A stretch of DNA of 64,000 nt from Opitutales bacterium (GTDB lineage: Bacteria; Verrucomicrobiota; Verrucomicrobiia; Opitutales; PNEW01): the NCBI GenBank assembly GCA_965197745.1, contig CBDANS010000006.1, positions 1,344,001-1,408,000 of the forward strand. Reading direction: 5' to 3'. Positions within the stretch are counted from its first letter, which is position 1; each line of letters starts with the position of its first letter. Below the pieces are notes generated by a model. The model worked only from the letters and a program-made list of their open reading frames with translations. It made no database searches and was not told where the DNA came from. Of the stretch, positions 51,500 to 62,333 are shown in pieces. The position numbers were made by a program, and so were the translations under genes.

Positions 51500-53440
51500 A
51501 TGACAAAAGAATCAGAGGATGCCCCAAGGGTTTACAGCTATATCAGGTTTAGCACACCTGAACAGGCACAGGGGGACTCAGAACGACGGCAGATAAAAGC
51601 AGCCAAAGCGTTTGCTGAGAAAAAGAGTTTGGCGTTAGATAATGAACTCCAAATGACTGATCGTGGGTATAGTGGCTATCACGGTACCCACAGGAAAAAA
51701 GGCTCACTAGGCATCTTTCTAGAAAGAGTAAATGAAGGTGAAGTGCCAAGAGGAAGTTATTTGATAATCGAGAACCTTGACCGTTTGAGCCGTGAAGGTG
51801 TTATCAATACCCTTCAGAATATCGTGTTAAACATAATCGATAATGGGATCACGATTCAAACGCTTTACCCAGAGCAGGATTATTCAAAAGAAAATATCGA
51901 TGACAAGATTATTGAGTTTATTGCTCACCTGCAAAGAGCCCATGCAGAGAGTGACCGAAAGAGCTATCTACTAAAGGAGGTATGGAAACACAAAAGGAAG
52001 CAGATAAGAGAAAATAAGGGGAAACTAACCAATATATGTCCAAACTGGTTAAGAGTTGAAGGTGATGAATTTAAAATCATAGAGGAAGCAGCAACAACAG
52101 TGAAGATGATCTTTGATATGAAGAATGACGGTTTGAGCATTCGGGCAATCGAAAGAAAATTAAATGCGGAGGCACCTTGGAAACCACCATATAACCCGAA
52201 ACGAATCGGGGAGGGTTGGCGTTGCAGTTACATCAATAAGATACTCAGAACCCGAGCCGTCATTGGAGAATTTCAGCCATACCGATATGTTGTGGATGAG
52301 TTGACTGATGAAAGAAAAAGAGAAAAAGATGGAGATCCAATAGCCAGTTATTACCCTGCAGTCGTTGATCCTAACTTATTCAATACAGTTCAGCAAAAGT
52401 TGGATGAGATAAAAGCTACCCGACACAATGGTGGTGGACGCAAGGGCAAGGTGGGCAATCTATTTACGCATATTGCAAAGTGTGGATACTGTGATGGTAG
52501 TATGCATTATGTTTCTAAAGGCAATGGACCAAAATACGGGCGGTATCTTGTATGCGATAATGGAAATAGAGGTGTAATTAAAAATGGTAAACGAGTTTGT
52601 GAATCTCATTCAGTAAGGTATGACGAGTTTGAGCAGATCGTTTTAAAGAACTGCCGTCGATTGAAACCTCAGCAAGTGTTACCGAACGAGGACGAGCAAA
52701 AAGAAATATGTCGTAATTTACAGACACGAATTACAGGTCAGGAAATCGAGATTAAGGATATTGAAAAAAGAAGGGAAATATTGCTCGATCAACTTTCAAG
52801 AACTGAAGATGAGGAAGCACGTAGTGAATATGAAAAGTTAAGAGGCCAATTACTTGAGGATATTAAGAATCGAAAAAATACGATAGAGAACGATCAGACT
52901 GCACTAAGGAAGACTGAACACAGTAGCCAGTCATTTAAAAAATGGCAAAAAGATATTGAGTCACTGTTTAAAGCACTGAAGAGCGGAGATGTTGACATAC
53001 GATTAAAAATGCAAGCGCATCTAAAAGAATTCATTGAGCGAATAGATGTTTATGGTAAAGGTGGTGAGGATACAATAGATAACATAGATGAAATAATTGG
53101 CGAATGCGGTATGGCTAGCGATTGGGGTAAGGTTAATAGGGGAGCATACAAGAACTTCATGCGTTATATCCGCGAACAGTGTCTGTCTTCGAAAGGACGC
53201 TTTTATCAAATACACCTTAAAAATTTCACTGCCAGGACAAAAGAGAGAGTAATGAAGAACGGTAAGCGTATAGTTCTGGGTAGATCATCACGTATTGTAC
53301 CAATTCAAGTTGCACCAAAAAGTAGCCTTGCTTATCGAATGGAGTTAATAGAGGACGAAGATGGGAAAAAAGGCTCGCGTCATTTTGGGCCAAAATTAGA
53401 GTTGTTAAGTAATGATTTCTTTGATAATCGCAAACGATGA
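51500..53440 (+). CDS. Large serine recombinase
   Basis: YSYIRFS, DRGYSG, ENLDRLSR, recombinase domain YYPAVV, Zn ribbon CGYC..C..C, coiled coil; start ATG 51500. Confidence 0.95.
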   Translation: MTKESEDAPRVYSYIRFSTPEQAQGDSERRQIKAAKAFAEKKSLALDNELQMTDRGYSGYHGTHRKKGSLGIFLERVNEGEVPRGSYLIIENLDRLSREGVINTLQNIVLNIIDNGITIQTLYPEQDYSKENIDDKIIEFIAHLQRAHAESDRKSYLLKEVWKHKRKQIRENKGKLTNICPNWLRVEGDEFKIIEEAATTVKMIFDMKNDGLSIRAIERKLNAEAPWKPPYNPKRIGEGWRCSYINKILRTRAVIGEFQPYRYVVDELTDERKREKDGDPIASYYPAVVDPNLFNTVQQKLDEIKATRHNGGGRKGKVGNLFTHIAKCGYCDGSMHYVSKGNGPKYGRYLVCDNGNRGVIKNGKRVCESHSVRYDEFEQIVLKNCRRLKPQQVLPNEDEQKEICRNLQTRITGQEIEIKDIEKRREILLDQLSRTEDEEARSEYEKLRGQLLEDIKNRKNTIENDQTALRKTEHSSQSFKKWQKDIESLFKALKSGDVDIRLKMQAHLKEFIERIDVYGKGGEDTIDNIDEIIGECGMASDWGKVNRGAYKNFMRYIREQCLSSKGRFYQIHLKNFTARTKERVMKNGKRIVLGRSSRIVPIQVAPKSSLAYRMELIEDEDGKKGSRHFGPKLELLSNDFFDNRKR

Positions 53441-53470
53441 TTTAAAGCTAAGTACAATAATATCAAATAG

Positions 53471-53941
53471 TTAAACCGCATATAACATAAGGATGGTGGG
53501 CCCTTCTTCTAAGCGCATGCGTAATACGATGTATAGTTCGACACGGTCCAAGGGTGTGTCCTTGGTTTGGCCTGATAGGGGATAGCCGTCTACGGTCTGA
53601 TCACCAGCGATAGCAAATGATGTGCAGCCCTCTTTCCCCGCGCTCAACTTTGAAATGGACGATTCAAGGGGTTCCTGAGGGGAGCCTGTCTCTTCCCAGA
53701 TACCGCGGTGCAAATCGAATAAGTAGGGCGCCCGTTCATCGACCAGACATTTTATTTCTGGATCGAGTGACTTCCATTGATAGGCCATGTCGAGATAAAG
53801 TCGGTATCCAGGGTAATTCTTAGTTGTGAATTTTGCGTACTCCTTCCCACACTCGTAAGCCGATCCTTCGAAGTTTACGAGGGGAATAACACCTTCCGGT
53901 GCGAGACGGGAGGTGATGGGAGTCTCTTTTATGTCACTCAT
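53471..53941 (-). pseudogene. C45 family peptidase/acyltransferase, 3'-truncated
   Basis: GSAYECG, EGCTSF and GQTKD Ntn-hydrolase motifs; ends abruptly about 50 aa after the catalytic Cys, beside the recombinase gene. Confidence 0.8.
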
Positions 53942-53964
53942 GATGATACTACACTATACCCTAT

Positions 53965-54927
53965 TTAATTTATTTCCAGGTTTTCGAGAAATTGCACCAG
54001 TTTTTTTACAATAAATGCTATTGCCATATGCTGAGATTCGTAGGTAACGCCGCCAATATGGGGTGAGATGACAAGATTTTCATGCGTGTTTGCGTATTGT
54101 ATAAGAGGATGGCTTGCCAGGTCTTCGTTCCACTCGCCGTCAATGACGTCGATGCCGGCGCCACCCAAATGGTTCGTTTCCAAGGCATCAAGAAACGCGG
54201 CTTCGTCGATGATGGCCCCTCGACTGGTGTTGACCAGCACGGCGCCCGATTTCATTTTTTGAAACACGTCAGAGCTAATTAGACCTCGGTTCTTTTCAGT
54301 GAGGTGGATGTGAATCGTTAAAACATCAGACTCAGCGATCAAGGTTTCAAAGTCGACCATCGTTACTCCTGCGGGGGGATTAATGTCTTTAGTATCGCAA
54401 GCGATAACACGCATGCGGAATGCCTTACCGTACTCCGCCATCATGCGTCCGAGACGTCCATAGCCAAGAACGCCTAATGTTTTCCCTGAAATTTACTGCC
54501 CGCGATAGCGACCCGCCGGTGACCGCCAGTGACCGGATTTTACCCAATCAAAAGCCGTTGGCAATTTGCGTACCGTAGCCAGCATCAGGGCCCAGGCCAT
54601 TTCCGCCGTAGCGGTTACATCATTCAAAAACGCAATCTCTTCTTTTAGCGAGATTATGGTAATACCCATTTCTTCAGCTGCATTGAGATCGATATGATCG
54701 AGTCCGGTGGACGCCGTGGCGATTACCTTCAATCGATTTGCCTGTTTGAGTATCTCGCGATCAAGACGTATGCTCATCGACGAGAAGTAGGCATCGACAT
54801 CGCTAATCGCTTCTATAAAAGCATTCCGTTCAGGAGGAATAGTAACGAATTCAGCAACTTCCGTGAGGGGCCCCAGGGCAGGAGGAATATTATCCTCGTT
54901 TGACATCCGTAATATTCGCCAGCGCAT
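53965..54927 (-). pseudogene. D-2-hydroxyacid dehydrogenase with an in-frame TAA
   Basis: RYRGQ*ISGKTLGVLGYGRLG; both ORFs share a frame; stop at 54493-54495. Confidence 0.88.
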
Positions 54928-54943
54928 TTTATTTTTACTGATG

Positions 54944-56353
54944 TTATGAAGAAATCTTACTTAGACAGTCTAAAAAATCAATAATGCTGAGCCCCGTATG
55001 ATAACCAGGGTCCGCATCGGCCGTTGCCGGAATCGTGTCCACAGGTTGACCGGTATCATCAATGGTTTGGTAGGCCATAAGGAAAACGTCCCTGTTTACA
55101 TAATTTTTAACGAAGGCATTTGAGCAATGCGACAGTATTTGAAGAATCTCTTCAGTATATTCATCATCGGGCGCAATCAATAATAACTCTGCGGCGGCGC
55201 GCATCGTCTCAGGGAGATTCCACCATGGCATGTCGTTATTGATAGGTGTGCGAGAAATGAGGTCATAGGCTTTGCACAGGCCGCCGATTTTTTTATTAAA
55301 ACCGTTCCTGAAATTCTGGATTAACACTTTTGGAAATAGTTCAACGCATTGTTCGAGTAAACTTTGCTGTGATGCGGTTTTCTCTACACGATCCCGCTGA
55401 ACTAACAGGAACTTGGAAGCAATGCCGATAAACTCCAGCGAATGACCGGGGTCCGATAGAATGTGCCCATTTTGTTCCCAGGGAATTCCATCGGCATCGA
55501 TTGCTTCAACAAAATCGAAAAGCTCTAAATTTTTGAATTGGCCCAGGTTTATGTGATGGTCTACTACGTGGCGTATCAGTCGCTCTCCGCGCTCATACCA
55601 CTCGTCTTCATTGAAGTATTTCGCAAGATTAGCGCACCCCAGGATCGAGATCATGAACCCACCGTGACCGCGCTTGCCAGCTACCGATCGAACCGGGTTT
55701 TTGGGATCGAATGATACTTGATCTCCCACTTGCCGTCCTTTTTCTATGTTCGTTACTATTTTTCGAAAATACGTTTTGGCTTCTTTCACTTTATCAGTCC
55801 GACCGAGTAGTTGTGCTGCTGCCACCATCCTTTTGGCATAGAACATATCAGTGGTCGATGTCTGTTGTGAATCAAGTTTTATAGGTTGCCGTCGACCCCG
55901 TTCATCCATTGAGAAGGATTTACCTTCGGGGGTCATTAAAAATGAAATGCGGCCGTTATTTTTGGCGCGTATAGCTTCCATTTGATCGAACACTTCTTCG
56001 GTCATGCGTATTAAGCGTGTTCTCCGTTCATGAATTTCATTGGGTGTGAGAAAAGAACAATGCGGCAGCCATTCAATATGACCGGCTAAAGATTCCAGAC
56101 CCCGACCCTGGATCCAACCGAAAATGGCTGTCCTGCCTTTGAAGTCTTTTTCACTATCCTTCCCTTCCGGGAAATCAGCACCGGTAATAATGCTTAGCTT
56201 GGTGTCGATAAAATGATAATCCGGATTTCGCTCGTAGCGATCCAGAATAGCATCAATAATAATAAGCGTCATCATCTCGTAATCTTTGATTACGCTTTTA
56301 ACTGCGGAAATGGTTGCCTCGCGAATAAGGCTACCCTGATAGATAGGGTCCAA
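54944..56353 (-). CDS. AGE-family (N-acylglucosamine 2-epimerase-like) epimerase/isomerase
   Basis: WIQGR, DPGHSLE, WWNLPE and DPGYH motifs. Confidence 0.8.
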   Translation of the reverse strand: MDPIYQGSLIREATISAVKSVIKDYEMMTLIIIDAILDRYERNPDYHFIDTKLSIITGADFPEGKDSEKDFKGRTAIFGWIQGRGLESLAGHIEWLPHCSFLTPNEIHERRTRLIRMTEEVFDQMEAIRAKNNGRISFLMTPEGKSFSMDERGRRQPIKLDSQQTSTTDMFYAKRMVAAAQLLGRTDKVKEAKTYFRKIVTNIEKGRQVGDQVSFDPKNPVRSVAGKRGHGGFMISILGCANLAKYFNEDEWYERGERLIRHVVDHHINLGQFKNLELFDFVEAIDADGIPWEQNGHILSDPGHSLEFIGIASKFLLVQRDRVEKTASQQSLLEQCVELFPKVLIQNFRNGFNKKIGGLCKAYDLISRTPINNDMPWWNLPETMRAAAELLLIAPDDEYTEEILQILSHCSNAFVKNYVNRDVFLMAYQTIDDTGQPVDTIPATADADPGYHTGLSIIDFLDCLSKISS

Positions 56354-56355
56354 GT

Positions 56356-57498
56356 TTATACCATTTGAGGATTTACGGTTGTATCGAGCAGTTCATCGCC
56401 CATCGATAATACTTGATCCAACTGGAGACCATTCTCCGTCCAACGCGTAAGCACGAATTCTGCTGGTTCTCCCTCCTTTATCTCGGGCAGATCGATGCCG
56501 ATTATTTCTGCGGGAATAATGCTTTGCTGGCGCCAGGCTTCTTCCAAAGACCAACCCAGTTCGCAGAGGCGTTCCACACACCGGTCTGCCTGGTGCCAGG
56601 CACCGGCGAGAAGCTCTTGCCCCTTGAGGTGACAACAACCATTTTCCTCAATAACAAAATTCCCATAATCCCCTGGGGGCATTCCTGAATGCCCGCTGGC
56701 ATCAGATACCGGAAATATTTTTTCCTTACCTTTGGCCGCGAATACAGCTCGAATCAATTCTCCCGGTAAATGGTGCCCGTCGATGATAAGTCCCAAATAA
56801 ATGCGATCGTCGGCCAGCCAGGACCAGAATGGATTGTGATGGCGGTGAACCTCCGGTGGCGCGCCGTTGCCAAAATGTGTAACCATATCCACACCCAAAT
56901 CCGCTGCGCGCCTTATCGATTCCGCTGAGGGTCCACAGTGCCCCATTGTTATTCGCAGTTTGTTTTCAATCGCTTTGCGAATCGTTTCCGTGGCATGGGG
57001 TAGTTCCGGATCGATATTAAAAATCATAATTCGACCACCGGAAGCATCCTGTAACTTTGCCCATTCGTCCCAGTTTGGATCACGAATATATTCGGGGTTA
57101 TGCGCCCCCCGCCAGCCATAATCGCGCGACATGTAAATGCCTTCGAAAAACGCGCCGAAATAGAGCGAGGCAAGATTTGCATCTGCGTTCAACTGCCGAT
57201 TGAATTCTGCTAAACTTTCCAATTGTTTCTCGTAGGGATAGGTCGTAAATGTCGCCAGCATCCTGCCAACGCCATGTCGCCTCACATGCGAAGCAATGAT
57301 CCGCAGATTGTCCGGACTTTCGTGCAGCCGGTTAAAAGATTTGCCCAGCGCTCCGTTCTGTTGCAAGTCGACAAGCGGTGGCGCTATTAGGGGTGGATCA
57401 GTGGATTGCGCCATTTTTACCGAAGCGATGACTTTTTTCTCTATCGTTACTTCGATAACTTTGCCGTCCAACGTTTTACCAAGGTACGATTTTCCCAT
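56356..57498 (-). CDS. N-acetylglucosamine-6-phosphate deacetylase-like amidohydrolase
   Basis: VDLQQNG, GAHN, MGH, THFGN, DGHH and VSDA motifs; start ATG 57498. Confidence 0.8.
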   Translation of the reverse strand: MGKSYLGKTLDGKVIEVTIEKKVIASVKMAQSTDPPLIAPPLVDLQQNGALGKSFNRLHESPDNLRIIASHVRRHGVGRMLATFTTYPYEKQLESLAEFNRQLNADANLASLYFGAFFEGIYMSRDYGWRGAHNPEYIRDPNWDEWAKLQDASGGRIMIFNIDPELPHATETIRKAIENKLRITMGHCGPSAESIRRAADLGVDMVTHFGNGAPPEVHRHHNPFWSWLADDRIYLGLIIDGHHLPGELIRAVFAAKGKEKIFPVSDASGHSGMPPGDYGNFVIEENGCCHLKGQELLAGAWHQADRCVERLCELGWSLEEAWRQQSIIPAEIIGIDLPEIKEGEPAEFVLTRWTENGLQLDQVLSMGDELLDTTVNPQMV

Positions 57499-58015
57499 AA
57501 TGAATAGCTTAGTATAATAGGGCTGCAGTTGATTTATCCTTTTCCCTAAATCACGGAAAGTGACATTAAAAATCAATCAAATATATATCTCTGGTCATAT
57601 ACAATCTTATGTTTTTCCATAAACATAAGTTACTCATCTTCAAATCGAGATGAACTCAAATCTAACAGCCCCGGAGGGGCGGCACAGGTTTAGTTCATAG
57701 CGCACGCTGGGGGTATCATTATAAGCAATAATCTTCGTCTTCGTCCACGTCTTCATCCTTAAAATAAATATACAATGATGAGAACTCGATTTAAGACGTA
57801 GACGAAGAGGGAGACTAAGACGAAGCTATTCGGTACAAATATATAAACCCAAGCCCAATAGTCATAGATAGTTGCCTCGAGCAAGCTAACTATCGGAATC
57901 ATAAATCCTTACTTTATGGAAATGGTTATTGCCACAATGTGATTTAAAAATTTAAAAATTTTTTGCCAGGCTTGGTTACACGAGAGTAAGAGAGATTGAA
58001 GTTTGAATATAATAG

Positions 58016-59119
58016 ATGCTGGAAACATTTAAAGTCCCGATAAAAGAACAGGTCAGAGTTTCGGAAAATTCACTGCGCCGGTCGGTGACCGCATTTTTTG
58101 AAAAGATGGGCGAATCATCTGAAGACGCGGCGATTGCCGCCGATACACTCGTCACTTCCGATTTAAGAGGCGTGGAAAGCCACGGTGTATCTAATATGTT
58201 ACGCGCATACCGTATCGGCTATGAGAGTAAGAAAATCAAGGCACAGCCCAATTGGCATATCGTGCGCGAAACAGCGGGCACCGCGAATATCGATGCTGAT
58301 AACGGACTGGTCGTCTTCCTTGGGCGCCATGCCATGCAGATAGCGATAGATAAGGCCAAAAAAGTTGGTGTTGGCGCAGTAACGGTTTTTAACAGCGAAC
58401 ACTCGGGAGCGATTGGACACCATGCAATGGGCGCCGCTCAAGAGAATATGATTGGCCTGGCTATGACTTCAGCCAGTGCCCGCGTAGTGCCGACCTTCGC
58501 TTCGAAAGCGTTGCTCGGGACGAATCCAATAGCCGTTGCGGCTCCGGCACGTAACGAAGCACCCTTTCTTTATGACGCGGCGACCTGTTCTGTCGCTATG
58601 AACAAAATATGGATAGCCCGCCGATTGGGCTCGATGTTGGGTCCGGGCTGGATTTGCGACAATCAAGGTGTCCCGATTGTCGAATCGATTCTTACGCCCG
58701 AAAGTGATGATGATTTTTTACTGCTTCCTTTAGGCGCAACACGTGAACAGGGTTCACATAAAGGATTTGGACTGGCCATGATTGTGGATATACTGGGGGC
58801 GCTCTTAGCCGGTTCCATTCCCGATATGCTTACCAGTGTAGATAATAAAAATCGAAAACAAAGCCACCATTTCACCGCTTACAATATAGAAGCATTCACC
58901 GAGGTTGATACCTTCAAAAATAATATGGATCGCATGTTGAAGATGATCAGAGAGACCCAACCGGTCCCAGGTGAAGAACGTGTTGTCTATCCCGGCTTGA
59001 TTGAGTACGAAGAGGAACAGGAACGCCGAGCGAAGGGCATACCCTTCCATAAAGAAGTGGTGGTCTGGATTAGGGAAATGACAGGGGAGTTATCTATTCC
59101 CGATATCGAAATCCTTTAA
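58016..59119 (+). CDS. Ldh_2 family (malate/L-sulfolactate dehydrogenase-like) oxidoreductase
   Basis: DLRGVESHG, LGTNP and HKGFGL motifs. Confidence 0.9.
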   Translation: MLETFKVPIKEQVRVSENSLRRSVTAFFEKMGESSEDAAIAADTLVTSDLRGVESHGVSNMLRAYRIGYESKKIKAQPNWHIVRETAGTANIDADNGLVVFLGRHAMQIAIDKAKKVGVGAVTVFNSEHSGAIGHHAMGAAQENMIGLAMTSASARVVPTFASKALLGTNPIAVAAPARNEAPFLYDAATCSVAMNKIWIARRLGSMLGPGWICDNQGVPIVESILTPESDDDFLLLPLGATREQGSHKGFGLAMIVDILGALLAGSIPDMLTSVDNKNRKQSHHFTAYNIEAFTEVDTFKNNMDRMLKMIRETQPVPGEERVVYPGLIEYEEEQERRAKGIPFHKEVVVWIREMTGELSIPDIEIL

Positions 59120-59135
59120 ATAAATAGGGAAACAG

Positions 59136-59900
59136 ATGAGCCGTCTATTAGATGCCTACCGCGCATTGCACCAACAAGCTTTCATTCCTATTTTTGTCAG
59201 AGATCATATCCCCGATTCAAAAAAATTACTTGAAGGATGCCAAGAGGCTGGAATGCGGGTAATCGAATATACCCTGAGGCGGCTTGATGCACACACGATG
59301 ATCCCATGGATTCGCGAAAATTGTCCCGACCTATTTCTTTTGGTCGGCAGTACCTTGGACGATGATGCCATCATCACTAAACAACGGGAGAAATTTCCAC
59401 AACTCCTGACCATTGACGAACTGGACGCTATGGATGTGGATGGATTTATCAGCATGATTGGTTGGAGTGAAGCAAGCATTAAGAAGTATCACTCACGGCG
59501 TATCGTGATCCCTGCTGTATCGACGTCAAGGGAAGCATTTTTAAATGTGGCTGCGGGTGCGCATTTCGTTAAGGTGCCCGGATCCAAACCGGAGTTGATC
59601 AAAAGTTATCGGTGGGAAGCAGCGTTTGATTATTGTCCTCTATTTGCGCCCGGCGGATTGACTCCAGATCGTATCCCCACTGCTGTTGCAGCAGGTGCGG
59701 TAATCACCGCCACGGGTTTCGATTTGACCTTAAAAGAATGTTCCGCGGAAGTATCTGTAAGTGAGATTGCAGCCATAATGAAACATTACATGGAGACGGC
59801 CCAAGACGCTCAGCGCGCCACCTGGCCCGAGTTGGCAAAAGCAGCCGATGCCGACAATCAAACATGGTTGAACGCATTGCCGCATTATCACCCGTTTTGA
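59136..59900 (+). CDS. KDPG/KHG aldolase-like TIM-barrel protein
   Basis: IEYTLR, VGST, FVK (candidate Schiff-base Lys) and PGGLT motifs. Confidence 0.65.
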   Translation: MSRLLDAYRALHQQAFIPIFVRDHIPDSKKLLEGCQEAGMRVIEYTLRRLDAHTMIPWIRENCPDLFLLVGSTLDDDAIITKQREKFPQLLTIDELDAMDVDGFISMIGWSEASIKKYHSRRIVIPAVSTSREAFLNVAAGAHFVKVPGSKPELIKSYRWEAAFDYCPLFAPGGLTPDRIPTAVAAGAVITATGFDLTLKECSAEVSVSEIAAIMKHYMETAQDAQRATWPELAKAADADNQTWLNALPHYHPF

Positions 59901-60273
59901 GGAGGGGCGGCGGTCTACGGTTATATCGGCTAGGAGGAGTGATGGCCTCAAGGTAAGGTTAGAATTGTATGTCTTCGTCTTTTTGTCATTGCGAGGGAGG
60001 TTATCAATCGATCGCGGCTACCGAGCGCAGCAACATCTCTCATTCCAGGCGAATAGTCATTGTGGTTACGGATACTATTCTCTGCTCTAAAACATGATTA
60101 ACCGGATATATAATGTTATTTGGCAATCGTCTACTGAGCGAAGCCTTGCATCCAGGGACTGCGATTACGCAACAGATATTCCCCTGGATTGCTTCGTCAC
60201 TTCGCTCCTCGCAATGACATTTAAGACGAAGATTAACGCATATCCCATAGATGAATATATATTACAGAATAAT

Positions 60274-60341
60274 GGAGGGACGCGCGTTGTCGCGTCCATG
60301 AAAGTCGTACCCAAAGCGGCCACGACGACGCGTGGCCCTCC
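60274..60341. repeat. REP-like doublet GGAGGGACGCGCG.. / ..GCGTGGCCCTCC
   Basis: Two hairpins in inverted arrangement; related units near 13387, 14483, 25137 and 45726. Confidence 0.75.
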
Positions 60342-60464
60342 AAAAATACATCATTGACACGTTGAACGCGGTACCTGCCTGTCATAGTTCTCCCGCAACT
60401 GCGGGACTACGACGTGGCAAGCGAATACGGAGATTATCGTGAACAACACTATCCCTTAACCCCG

Positions 60465-61346
60465 CTAACCTTTCAAGGTCGCGTCGAAGAGGGGGCGTTC
60501 GAGATCCATTTGCCTTTGATAGATAGATCCCACTCCTAAATCCCTGGGTAAGGGCAAGCGAACCGGAACATCGGTCACTCTTGGTTGGTTCGTCTGCTCA
60601 CCGCGCAATATTCCTTTTTTTATAATCTCCCACAGCTCATCGGTCGTTTTAGTGGCGTGGACAAGGGGCCAGGCATCGAGCGCACAATATTGAAATAATA
60701 ACAAGCGTCGTGACATGGTAGAAGTATTCGCGGCCGATCCATGTAAAAGACGGACATGATGGATGCTGATGCCCCCCGCTTTTATTTGCACGGGCACGGC
60801 TCCTTCCGCAGTAAAGTCAGATTCGGTCACGGCGCCAATGAAATAACCATTTTGTTGGTGGTCATAGACACGCCCTTTGTGTGATCCTGGAATAAACATG
60901 AGACAGCCATTTTCGAGGGTCATGTCATCTATGGCGATGCCCACAGCCAGTATATCATCGTTGGTATGCGGGTAAAATGCCCAGTCCTGATGCCACTGAA
61001 CAGGGCTCCCCTCTTCGGGCAATTTAAAATTCAGTTTATCGCCGTTCTGACGAACGCCTGGCCCGATTAATTGCTCTACCCTGTCGAGGATTCCTTTATG
61101 GCGCAACATCGCATCATAAACCGGGTGCTGTTTTATCGGATTGGATATACGTCGCAGACGTGGTGTCTCCGCTGAATGGCCGGGTCCCAGATCATAAACC
61201 GAGTCTGTTTCCGATAGGGTCCGAGATTTTTCGAGAAACTCGTCTGTCACCAAACGGAGATCACTGAGTTCTTCATCGGATAATACCCCTTCGATCGCGA
61301 GATATCCGTCCGAACGATATTTTTCAATATGTTCTACAGAAGGCAT
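60465..61346 (-). CDS. PhyH-family Fe(II)/2OG dioxygenase
   Basis: WHQD, ENGCL..PGSH and HGS..N..RR motifs. Confidence 0.92.
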   Translation of the reverse strand: MPSVEHIEKYRSDGYLAIEGVLSDEELSDLRLVTDEFLEKSRTLSETDSVYDLGPGHSAETPRLRRISNPIKQHPVYDAMLRHKGILDRVEQLIGPGVRQNGDKLNFKLPEEGSPVQWHQDWAFYPHTNDDILAVGIAIDDMTLENGCLMFIPGSHKGRVYDHQQNGYFIGAVTESDFTAEGAVPVQIKAGGISIHHVRLLHGSAANTSTMSRRLLLFQYCALDAWPLVHATKTTDELWEIIKKGILRGEQTNQPRVTDVPVRLPLPRDLGVGSIYQRQMDLERPLFDATLKG

Positions 61347-61433
61347 AATGCCAAAATCACTTTAAAGTAATTATAAGACCAGTCAATGGATACGAATTAT
61401 GCCTAAGGTTTAAAGCTTAAAAACGAAACCTCA

Positions 61434-62288
61434 TTAATCTGCCCTCCACTCTCCATCATATCCTGTATACCCATCAGCATAGCCCTTTAAATGTTCCGGC
61501 ATTTGAGAAATCATCTCTTTAGCTGATGCAGGTAATGGCCAGGGCGCATCGATTTTAATCGACTTCGGACGAAACCCGATACCGCAGGAATAACGTCGTT
61601 CATGAGTGGCCATATTAGTATGGTAGGTCCTGTCGGCAAAGCATATGAGATCTCGCGGGTCGGCGATGACCGCGACACAACCGGGAACATCGATACTATT
61701 ATAAACGGCATCAAGAGCATCGCCGATGGGATGAAAGCTGTTACGGCCGGGAGTAAGTTCAAACCCTTCAGGGCCCTCCCAGTTGGGGGTATGCGATTTT
61801 TCTATCACTGCGATTCCGCTGTGTTCGGGGTGGCTGCCGTTAAGATAAAACCAATTACCACTTGGCAATGCATGACAGTTAAGGAGATCACTAGCCACTT
61901 TAGGGTTTTTTACGTGAGCACGACTGTCCGTATGCCATGTCCCGAATGGCTCACCGGCAGTTCTTAGAATAGCCGCTGAACGATGGAGACACAGCTCTTT
62001 GGACTCGTGAGTTTGATGGAGATAGTTCAAATAGGGTGCGTGATCAAGCAGTTTCCAGAGGGGTTTGCTGGCCTCGGCAAATGCCATATGATAGCGGTTG
62101 GATGTCGGTGGCAGGTCTCGCTGCGGATCGAGGATTTCGTCGATTGATTCTTTCAATTCTACGACCATCTTCTCGTCAATCATTTTACGTAGAACGCAGT
62201 AGCCGTAGTCGTCCATACAAGCGAGTGCATCCGGGATATTATCCCGATCAAAATAAATATTATAATGCGGTTGATAATTATCCGTCAT
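61434..62288 (-). CDS. PhyH-family Fe(II)/2OG dioxygenase
   Basis: YGYCVL, WHTD and TYH..RR motifs. Confidence 0.8.
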   Translation of the reverse strand: MTDNYQPHYNIYFDRDNIPDALACMDDYGYCVLRKMIDEKMVVELKESIDEILDPQRDLPPTSNRYHMAFAEASKPLWKLLDHAPYLNYLHQTHESKELCLHRSAAILRTAGEPFGTWHTDSRAHVKNPKVASDLLNCHALPSGNWFYLNGSHPEHSGIAVIEKSHTPNWEGPEGFELTPGRNSFHPIGDALDAVYNSIDVPGCVAVIADPRDLICFADRTYHTNMATHERRYSCGIGFRPKSIKIDAPWPLPASAKEMISQMPEHLKGYADGYTGYDGEWRAD

Positions 62289-62333
62289 TGAACTGCAGGT
62301 TCTCTCTCATGCTTAGATCTTAAAGATTACCGT

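Noticed and set aside
49569..53440. Prophage
   Set aside because: No structural, terminase, lysis or replication genes.
41232..54495. Stop-codon reassignment explaining in-frame TAA codons
   Set aside because: TAA terminates many normal genes here, and the other lesions are TGA, TAG and frameshifts, so decay or sequence error is simpler.
57668..57825. GCCCCGGAGGGGC hairpin and inverted GTCTTC/GACGAA hexamer arrays as a distinct ncRNA
   Set aside because: Single degenerate occurrence here; most likely further members of the intergenic repeat collection, with too little support for a separate call.
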